Source of the DNA: Histomonas meleagridis 2922-C6/04-290x
Lineage: Eukaryota; Protista; Parabasalia
DNA: 64,000 bases
Assembly (NCBI GenBank): GCA_020184695.1
Contig: JAANOX010000146.1
Location: 186,001 to 250,000, forward strand
Direction: 5' to 3'
Shown: positions 55,991-64,000 of the stretch, one piece after another
Layout of the letters: the number at the start of each line of letters is the position of its first letter
Numbering within the stretch: position 1 is the stretch's first letter
The notes under the pieces: model-generated
Told to the model about the DNA's origin: nothing
What the model saw: only the letters and a program-made list of their open reading frames with translations
The model's database searches: none
Program-made: the position numbers and the translations under genes

Positions 55991-58519
55991 ATGTCATCTG
56001 AAACTGACATCATGAAGCGACTTATGGACTTAGTCAAACTTTCTTCTTTAGGTTTGACTGACGAATCCCCATCAAAAGATGAAGAGCCAATTGAAAAAGA
56101 AGATGTAGCCGAGATTGAATCACTTGATCGATTATTTAAGCAATTACAACCTTTTGATAAAGATGTCAAACTTGAATCAGAATCACCCGAATTCAAGAAG
56201 AAATCAAATAAAGTTTTAGAATCCTTTGCAACTATCACTTCAAATTTAGAAAAGCAATTTGAAGAAACACAAGTTGAACCACAACCAATGACAGCCCATC
56301 AACTTCGTATTGAACGACCATTTGACAATACCATTATTACATTTAATCCATCTGCATCTAAAAAATTACAAGAAGTAATAAATGAACTTGCCGAAGGTCA
56401 CACACTCATTATTCCCAGTGGAGCATATAGTCAACCAATTGAACTTAACAAAGGCATTCATTTGTTAGCTGATCAATCAGCTGATATCGTTGTTGCTGGC
56501 TCTGAAGAAGCATTTAAATGCCAAGCAGTTGGTGCCGTTATAGAAGGTTTTACATTCCATTACAAAGGAACCGATTCTGTTCCATCAGTATTAATATCAC
56601 ATGGTGAAGTCACATTTATAAACTGTAAATTTGTTGGATCTGAATCCCGTGCAGTCATTGTCAAGGGCTGTGCCTCCACCACCTTCATTAATTGTCAATT
56701 TGTTGATTCCAAAGATTGCAATATTGCGGTTATGGGCAATTCCATTGTCTACTGCAAGAACTGTACCATCAAATCGTCTGGCCAGAGCGGTGTTTACTTA
56801 CAAGATGAAAGTTCATCGAAATTTATTGGTTGTAAAATTTCGAATAATAAGCAACATGGAGTCAGTATCCAAGACAAAGCGAGTGCCCTCTTCCAGAAGT
56901 GTACGATCACCAAGAACAAAATGCATGGTTTATATGTCACATCTACTAGTACCGAAATCATGATTCGTGAAAGTACTATTAGTGACCATGAAAATGGATT
57001 TGCAGTTGCGATGTATCAACAAGGAAAATGTTCTCTCACGTCGAATACAATCAAAGACAACTTAAAGGGTTCATTACTCTTATGCGAATTTTCGAATGTA
57101 TTATCACTTAATAATAAGTTCATTAGTAACTCGAAAGATTTCTCTGCTATTTTAATGTCACAATCTGCTCAATGTATCTCAGAAGACGATGAAATTGTCG
57201 GCGCATGTAAGAATGGCATTAGCTTATCGAATGAGGCACAGTTCACTGGCAAAGGATTATCGATGAAAGGCATTTTGGGCAACGGTATCGTCCATTCAAA
57301 AGGCACCGTTGTAAAATTAGAACGATCCAATTTTGACTACACGAAAGCGGCTGCGATATCGTCCAAAGAAGGCTCAAGGATTGAGATGACCGATTGCACT
57401 TTTTCAAATGTTTCTGAAGATTCGGCGGTTGTATTGAATGGCGCTGTTAACGGCTTCATGAAGAATTGTAAAGTTAACAAATCCAAGACTGGCATATTAG
57501 CAGTTGCAGCGATTGGAGACTTTGTTATAACTAATTGTGATTTTAGTGATAATATTATACAAAGTGTTAATGCGAAAGATGGGTGTACATTACGATTTGA
57601 ATCATGTAATTTCACTTCTACATTAGGCTCTAAGTCTAAGTTTAATGCTGTAATTCATAATGATTTAGAAATAGAAGTTAAGAAGCCAACAAATCCAATT
57701 TTCATTAATTGTAATTTCACTGTTTCAGAATGCGCAGGAGTACATATTACAAGTGGTTGCTCACCAATATTTAAAGGATGTAAATTCTCACAATCAGCAA
57801 ATCAAGGCGCAGACATCAAAGGCTCATCGCCAATATTCGAAAACTGTGAATTCACTAACAACGGAATGGCAGCGATCTTAATCTATCAGCAAAGCAAAGT
57901 CGCAATCACTGGTTGTAAGATCACTTCGAACATGATGTCCGGACTTGTCATCAAAGAAGTTGGAACTAATGCCACGATTAAAGACACAGAAATTAGTTCG
58001 CATACTGCTTCTAATGGCTCTGCGGTACAAAATGGAGCGACAGCAACATTTGAAAATTGTAATTTCTTTAATAACTTGAAATATCATTTGATATCTGATC
58101 GCAAAGCTGTTGCGAATGTGATCGGATGCGATTTCCATTCAAGTGGTATTGGTAAAGGTGTAATCGCAAGTAACGAAGGTAAAATGAACATAAGTAAGAA
58201 GACAAAGATTCATGACGAGTCTATTGTAGGCGCAATGACATTCGACGGAGAATTAGTTATTGACGATTCAGACTTCTATGGATGTTCGCAAGAAGCAATT
58301 TACATTAGCGGCGCAAAGTCAAAGCTGACTATTACTGGAAGTAGAATCCATGATAATACACCAGATGGATTATTTGCTGCTGATGGTGAAATAATTGTGA
58401 AGCATAACGAGTTCTATAATCATTCAGGTCATGCAATTATCATCGATAAGAAAGTGTCACACCAATTACAAAATAACGTCTTCACAAACAATAAGGTAAA
58501 GGACGTACTGATGACTTGA
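55991..58519 (+). CDS. Right-handed parallel beta-helix (PbH1) repeat protein, 842 aa
   Basis: Many approx. 23-aa repeats of the type CKISNNKQHGVSIQDKASALFQKCTI. Confidence 0.85.
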   Translation: MSSETDIMKRLMDLVKLSSLGLTDESPSKDEEPIEKEDVAEIESLDRLFKQLQPFDKDVKLESESPEFKKKSNKVLESFATITSNLEKQFEETQVEPQPMTAHQLRIERPFDNTIITFNPSASKKLQEVINELAEGHTLIIPSGAYSQPIELNKGIHLLADQSADIVVAGSEEAFKCQAVGAVIEGFTFHYKGTDSVPSVLISHGEVTFINCKFVGSESRAVIVKGCASTTFINCQFVDSKDCNIAVMGNSIVYCKNCTIKSSGQSGVYLQDESSSKFIGCKISNNKQHGVSIQDKASALFQKCTITKNKMHGLYVTSTSTEIMIRESTISDHENGFAVAMYQQGKCSLTSNTIKDNLKGSLLLCEFSNVLSLNNKFISNSKDFSAILMSQSAQCISEDDEIVGACKNGISLSNEAQFTGKGLSMKGILGNGIVHSKGTVVKLERSNFDYTKAAAISSKEGSRIEMTDCTFSNVSEDSAVVLNGAVNGFMKNCKVNKSKTGILAVAAIGDFVITNCDFSDNIIQSVNAKDGCTLRFESCNFTSTLGSKSKFNAVIHNDLEIEVKKPTNPIFINCNFTVSECAGVHITSGCSPIFKGCKFSQSANQGADIKGSSPIFENCEFTNNGMAAILIYQQSKVAITGCKITSNMMSGLVIKEVGTNATIKDTEISSHTASNGSAVQNGATATFENCNFFNNLKYHLISDRKAVANVIGCDFHSSGIGKGVIASNEGKMNISKKTKIHDESIVGAMTFDGELVIDDSDFYGCSQEAIYISGAKSKLTITGSRIHDNTPDGLFAADGEIIVKHNEFYNHSGHAIIIDKKVSHQLQNNVFTNNKVKDVLMT

Positions 58520-58624
58520 GTAAAGTAACCAAAATATTCACTTTGTTTTAATCGTATTTATTATGAAATGCTTTCAATACTTTATTCGGAGTGTAATGAT
58601 TTTTAAAAGCTTCGAAGGGTTGCC

Positions 58625-58784
58625 AAAACTTGGCGAGGTTCGGCTGATGAGGGAATTCTTGTGGAAACAATTCATAAATGATAAAAGTCAAAATATTCGT
58701 GTTTGCCTATAAAACTTGGCGAGGTTCGGTTGATGAGAGAATTCTTGTGGAAACAATTCATAAATGATAAAAGTCAAAATATTC
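58625..58784 (+). repeat. 74-bp direct repeat, two copies (58625-58698, 58711-58784), 2 mismatches
   Basis: AAAACTTGGCGAGGTTCGG(C/T)TGATGAG(G/A)GAATTCTTGTGGAAACAATTCATAAATGATAAAAGTCAAAATATTC. Confidence 0.9.
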
Positions 58785-59359
58785 AAACAGGCTGATAAAT
58801 TACCCAAATTTTTATCTCCTGTATTTATTGTTGTACTGACATCATGAAGCATGTACTTTGGTAAAATCAGAGTGTTTGACAAAATGAAAAGTTTTGAATT
58901 CACCGATCAAAATCTATTTCTAACTGTTATTGAAATTTCGCAATATGTAACAAAAAAGTAGAAGAACTTAAATAAATCAGATCATAAGATTAATGTGGAA
59001 AAGAAGCTATACCTTTACAAGCTTTATTCTAGAACCTAAATCAAATTATCCAAAAGTTTTTCTGCATATAAATATAATTCCACACGCACTTGAATGTTTC
59101 AGGAGGTAAATTTCTGAAACAACTCACTAAATAAAAGTTATTACTAATTATGATTTTATTTTTACTGATTTTGTAAGTTTTATTTAATGTAAATATGAAT
59201 TCCTTTCATACATATATATTTTATGCCTTATTATATGATAATAAATATATTTATATATGCGATATCTTTCAAATTTGTAATGTTCAAAAAACGATAATCG
59301 AATGTTTTAGTCAACTAAACATAGTCAATCAAATCTAGATTATTACATATATTTACTTA

Positions 59360-59896
59360 TAGTCAATCTAAAGATATTTGAATTTAACGATTAATGTAAT
59401 TTTAAATTATTTGAAATTCAGTTATAATATTCGGAATTTTTTCATATTATTATATACATCTTTAATATGGTCATCCATGAAAGCCAATATTGAAGTAGTT
59501 GAAATACTTCTTGCGCAAGAAGGAATTGATATTAATACTAAGTCTCCTCATGTCCTCATTCATCCGTTTTGTTTAATGTTTATCTTTACAATTTAATATT
59601 TTAAATAATATTTGGAATTTATATAAAATATTTAAAACTGCATTAATGTATGCATCTGAAAATGGTAAAGTAGAAATAGTTAAATTACTTCTTGATAAAG
59701 AAGGAATTGATATTGTTACAGGAAATGTTAATATATTTTAAATAATATTTATCTTAGTTATTTAAAATTTATAAATAATATTTGGAAATTATTCAATTTA
59801 TTCGACACTGCACTTATTTTGGCAACAAAAAATTCTCATGTAGAAATTGTTCAATTACTTCGTGAAAAATCACATCGTCAATGTACGTTTTGTTAA
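59360..59896 (+). pseudogene. Orphan ankyrin array (locus D): three repeats preceded by spacers 59376-59455 (80), 59546-59636 (91) and 59727-59806 (80)
   Basis: TSLIWSSMKANIEVVEILLAQEGIDINTKS / TALMYASENGKVEIVKLLLDKEGIDIVTGN / TALILATKNSHVEIVQLLREK...*; no intact DUF3447 N-terminus upstream. Confidence 0.75.
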
Positions 59897-60531
59897 TAAC
59901 TAAACAATAATTGCTAATGATAACCTGTTTGAATAGTCATCGGGATATAGACTTAATCTCGGGATAAATTAATAAAATTAAAGGTTAAATGTATTCGTTT
60001 TTTAACTAACCCTCTGACTCAAGCTATTGTAAATGGATGTACCGTTATTTTTTACAATGGGAGCCAATATACAGAAGATTGTCACGTACATTAGAATTAT
60101 TCATAGCAACAAAATTTTTATCGTACTGCTATGATTGATTTGAGTTCAACCCCTTAACAATATTTGCGAAATCTTTTAAATGTTTGTTAAAATGGCATTC
60201 ATCATGATGTGCTTTATTGTTTTTTTGATTATAAAATTGTACAATGAAGAAGAAGCATTATAAACAAAAAATGTATATATATACATTGAAATTTTTTTAT
60301 ATAATAATCTTGTTTACGCTTTGTTAATAAAGGGATTTTTTTTAAAAAAAACACTTAACACTCCATCAAGAAACTTGAACAAATTTATTCAATAAATGAT
60401 TAACTCAGCTTGTTATAATGTTATAATTTTAAAGCTATTATTCAGATTTAAAAAAAAAAAAAATGTTTTATATAAAAAAATTTTATTCCTTTAATTTATT
60501 TAATATTGAAACATAATAACTAATAATATAT

Positions 60532-61641
60532 TTAATTTCCCCAATAACCTGATCTTTCCATTACAGTTGGTATGACTGGGGACGAATCTCTTGTTCTATA
60601 TGCTGATTGTTCTTTAAAGCTTTTTGTATATGTTGTATTTCCTGTCTTAAACGTTCTAGTGTCTCCAGGCACCCCTGCTCTAACCGTTTCGTTTGAATTG
60701 TAACCGCTGTTCCTTTTGGGTGCCATAGCCGTAACCGCCCTTTTCGGCGGTTGGTATGAAATCATGCTAACGGATTTGTATGGGTCTGGATCGAAGAGAT
60801 TTTGGTATTCCGTTGTGTTCTTGAGCTTTAATTCTCTGACTGTGATAGGGGGAAGTTGTTCTGCTGTTACGTTAGAAAGAGGAAGCGTTTTTTCATGTGT
60901 CGGTTTGATGGAATCTGTAAAACCAGAATGTTGCATTGTAACATTACTCGGAATTCCGACTGTGCTTCGAGTCCTTGGTCGACTACAATATGATGTTTTC
61001 ATGATTGAAATGGGTTCTTCAACTGGATCTTCGGGAATTGTGATGTGTTGCCTTGTAAATGAATTTTGCTCTTTTCTACCAACAGAAGGCGGACCATTGT
61101 CCCAAAGGCGCTCATATGATGTTGGCTTTTTTGAGTAAGCTGTGCCTGTTGTCGTTGATCCCCAATTTGGACCAGCTCCATGGTTTTCTGCATCAATTGG
61201 ATTGTAGTGTGAAATCCTACTAAGCGCTAATCTATCAAGATGTGATGCATTTATTTCTCTTTCTTGTTGAGTTTTGATGCGCATTGCAGGAGATTCGTAC
61301 AAAATATTTGCTTCTGGCTCATTCCAATAACCAGAGCGTTCCATTACAGAACGAGTGACTGGCCTGTCTCTATTAATGTTTCTATTAACAGCAGCAAGAG
61401 AATGAGTCTCATGTGAAGATGTGTTTCTGTAATCAGATCTGTCTTTTAATGGAGCTAAATCAAGTGGTGAAATGTGGTTGTTTGAAGAAAATCCTGTTCG
61501 AATATTTTGGGTTTGCGGATAAATCCCTGGAGTTATTGAACGAGATTGCGTAGTATTTGGACGTCTATAAGACGAAGCATAAGTAGTTGTATAGAAAGAC
61601 ATAACATCAGAATCACCTCCACGAGATTTTGCACGAGACAT
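60532..61641 (-). CDS. PPP1R32/SAXO4-like axonemal microtubule inner protein
   Basis: DVMSFYTTTYASSY...RTGFSSN and repeated SG(Y/F)xxN motifs resemble PPP1R32 (recall). Confidence 0.6.
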   Translation of the reverse strand: MSRAKSRGGDSDVMSFYTTTYASSYRRPNTTQSRSITPGIYPQTQNIRTGFSSNNHISPLDLAPLKDRSDYRNTSSHETHSLAAVNRNINRDRPVTRSVMERSGYWNEPEANILYESPAMRIKTQQEREINASHLDRLALSRISHYNPIDAENHGAGPNWGSTTTGTAYSKKPTSYERLWDNGPPSVGRKEQNSFTRQHITIPEDPVEEPISIMKTSYCSRPRTRSTVGIPSNVTMQHSGFTDSIKPTHEKTLPLSNVTAEQLPPITVRELKLKNTTEYQNLFDPDPYKSVSMISYQPPKRAVTAMAPKRNSGYNSNETVRAGVPGDTRTFKTGNTTYTKSFKEQSAYRTRDSSPVIPTVMERSGYWGN

Positions 61642-62184
61642 TTGCGGGTAACGTATTTGTCACTTTTTGTAATCCATTGTTGAAAATTATAAAATCGTTT
61701 TTTCATGTGTTTTTTTCCTTTATTTATACTATTAATTCATACTTATTTTTTATTAAAAAGATAAATCAAATAATATATGTTTGTGTTTATAATATTTTTT
61801 ATATTTTTGATGTTTTTGTGGAATAATTTAAATATAATTCATATGATTTAATAAAAATTTGAATAATAAACATCACTACATATGCCATATTCTGATTGAA
61901 ATATTTATGATGGGGAAAAAATTGAAAGTGATATTACATTTTTAAGTAAGAATATAAAAATTAAAAATTTCAAAAAGTGGATGTGGGGAACCATTTTTTA
62001 TTTACCACATCCAACTTGATTTTTGCAGTTTATATTTTTTATGATTTTTTTTCAATATAAATTCTAGCAAACCGCAAAACATTCACTCATACAAATTCTT
62101 AGTAATTTCATAAAAAAACGAAATTTCCAGTTTTGATAATCAAAACTTATATATTTTGAATTCATAAATAATTTAGTTTGATAA

Positions 62185-62724
62185 ATGTTCACCGATTATG
62201 CAACTTTAATGCCCCGTCGCCCATCAAAGAAACCCCATCCTCGAGTACCATTTTCGAAAGATGAAGATGAAAAATTAAAAGAATTAGTTAACCAATTCGG
62301 CACTAATTGGAATGTAGTTTCAGAAAAAATGGAAAACAGAAATCCTAGACAATGTAAAGAGCGGTGGACTCATTATTTATCACCGAATGTAATCATGAAA
62401 CCTTGGACGACGGAAGAAGATGAATTTTTAAAAAGAAAACTTTTGGAGTTAGGTCCAAAATGGGTTAAATTATCAAGTTTTTTTCCTAATAGGACTGATA
62501 TACAATTAAAGAATAGATGGTTTGTTTTGATGAGGAAAGAATGTAGACATAAAACAAAAACCGGAAGGAAGAAATACAGAAACATATCAGAAAATAATAT
62601 TAATGGCGGTACTTTTCAAACGCCCCATGAGAATGAATTTACATTTAATCTTAACTCAAATGAGTTTCAGATATTTAATGATTTACTTGATAACATAAAA
62701 TGGGAACAAGATTTCCAAGCATAA
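62185..62724 (+). CDS. R2R3 Myb DNA-binding protein
   Basis: FSKDEDEKLKELVNQFGTNWNVVSEKMENRNPRQCKERW and PWTTEEDEFL...LGPKWVKLSSFFPNRTDIQLKNRW. Confidence 0.95.
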   Translation: MFTDYATLMPRRPSKKPHPRVPFSKDEDEKLKELVNQFGTNWNVVSEKMENRNPRQCKERWTHYLSPNVIMKPWTTEEDEFLKRKLLELGPKWVKLSSFFPNRTDIQLKNRWFVLMRKECRHKTKTGRKKYRNISENNINGGTFQTPHENEFTFNLNSNEFQIFNDLLDNIKWEQDFQA

Positions 62725-63085
62725 TTTTCGTAAATAAAATTTAAAGTATCGATTATAAATATTTCTTTAATAAATAAATCATTTAAATCCAATCTCTTTT
62801 TATACTTTTATTTTTTAAAAGGTTTTGATAAGCAACAAAAGAATTAAATTTTAATGTAATTAAACATAGCAATTTGATGATTTCAACAATCACAATATAG
62901 TGAGTATATGTAACAGAAAAGATCTCTGTGTTGATTTCAATGCTAATTACTGTATAATGAGTAACATTATGCAATGATTTCAACCATATAATGAAATTTG
63001 TTTTCATCATTTTAATTAAATAAATAAAAAAATTTATATTAAATTATTATTTATAAATATTTCGGTAAATATCACTACAAAACAT

Positions 63086-64000
63086 TTAATTTATTCCCTT
63101 TTCTCTCAACTTCTTCTTAGCCGCAACAACGTTCTGACGCATTTCGACCAGCTGCTTGTTCAGCTCCGCAATTTCCGCCCTCAGCTGCATAAACATTTCC
63201 TCCTTCTCGTCTTTGATCGTGTTGTACTTCTCCGCAATGACTCGCAGCTCTTTGGCTTCCTCCTCAATATCAGCAACACGCTGCGATGCCGCTTCCGACG
63301 AACGCGTCAACTCCTCGAGCTGCTTGTTATGCTCTTCGGCTTCTGCAGCTTTTGCATTCGTCAGCTCCTCAATCTGCTTGTTGAGCTCGTCTATTTCCGA
63401 TTGTTTGGTATTTGTCAGTTCTTCCATTTGCTTGCTATGCTCTTCGGCCTCTGCAGCTTTGGCACTTGTTAACTCTTCAATTTGCTTATTATGCTCTTCG
63501 GCCTCTGCAGCCTTCGCACTCTTCAGCTCCTCAATTTGCTTGTTAAGCTCGTCTATTTCCGATTGTTTGGTATTTGTCAGTTCTTCCATTTGCTTGCTAT
63601 GCTCTTCGGCCTCTGCAGCTTTGGCACTTGTTAACTCTTCAATTTGCTTATTATGTTCTTCGGCTTCTGCAGCTTTTGCATTCGTGAGCTCCTCAATTTG
63701 CTTGTTGAGCTCGTCTATTTCCGATTGTTTGGTATTTGTCAGTTCTTCCATTTGCTTGCTATGCTCTTCGGCCTCTGCAGCTTTGGCACTTGTTAACTCT
63801 TCAATTTGCTTATTATGCTCTTCGGCCTCTGCAGCCTTCGCACTCTTCAGCTCCTCAATTTGCTTGTTAAGCTCGTCTATTTCCGATTGTTTGGTATTTG
63901 TCAGTTCTTCCATTTGCTTGCTATGCTCTTCGGCCTCTGCAGCTTTGGCACTTGTTAACTCTTCAATTTGCTTATTATGTTCTTCGGCTTCTGCAGCTTT
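63086..64000 (-). CDS. 3' end of a coiled-coil tandem-repeat protein (A-type-inclusion-like), continuing past the right edge
   Basis: 18-aa subunits such as IEELTSAKAAEAEEHSKQ; the frame is open to the edge. Confidence 0.85.
   Translation of the reverse strand, partial: KAAEAEEHNKQIEELTSAKAAEAEEHSKQMEELTNTKQSEIDELNKQIEELKSAKAAEAEEHNKQIEELTSAKAAEAEEHSKQMEELTNTKQSEIDELNKQIEELTNAKAAEAEEHNKQIEELTSAKAAEAEEHSKQMEELTNTKQSEIDELNKQIEELKSAKAAEAEEHNKQIEELTSAKAAEAEEHSKQMEELTNTKQSEIDELNKQIEELTNAKAAEAEEHNKQLEELTRSSEAASQRVADIEEEAKELRVIAEKYNTIKDEKEEMFMQLRAEIAELNKQLVEMRQNVVAAKKKLREKGIN

Noticed and set aside
58641-58700. Hammerhead ribozyme (CTGATGAG...GAAAC...GTC)
   Set aside because: Core words are present but stems I and II cannot form.

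Overview
AT-rich, gene-dense eukaryotic genomic DNA from a parabasalid protist, most likely Tritrichomonas-like. This assignment is an inference from Inr (TCATT), M3 (AACGGTT) and M5 (CCTTT) core-promoter motifs, DUF3447-ankyrin genes, a BspA-type LRR, an R2R3 Myb gene and S/T-repeat surface proteins. Housekeeping genes include RPL27A, RPL13A, RPS9, histone H4, and TAF12-, RAV1/DMXL-, spastizin-, symplekin-, glucosidase II beta-, CHD- and PPP1R32-like genes. The window also holds a full-length but defective DD34D mariner (28-bp TIRs, TA TSD), a ~5-kb decayed multi-ORF element and several pseudogene fragments (RRP12, VPS4, kinase, transglutaminase-BspA). The standout signal is in four of five ankyrin loci, where every C-terminal repeat is interrupted at the same position (between the ..NAKD and TAL.. 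codons) by an AT-rich spacer. There are 17 clear copies, 46-91 nt long, seven of them exactly 80 nt. Many carry stops or frameshifts and share a motif at a fixed distance from the 3' end, but none has the canonical trichomonad GT...ACTAAC..CAG intron signals, while the flanking ankyrin segments stay intact. This is a candidate non-canonical intron or other intervening-sequence system. Caveat: several single-base frameshifts sit in homopolymer runs and may be assembly errors. No rRNA, intact tRNA or CRISPR was found.
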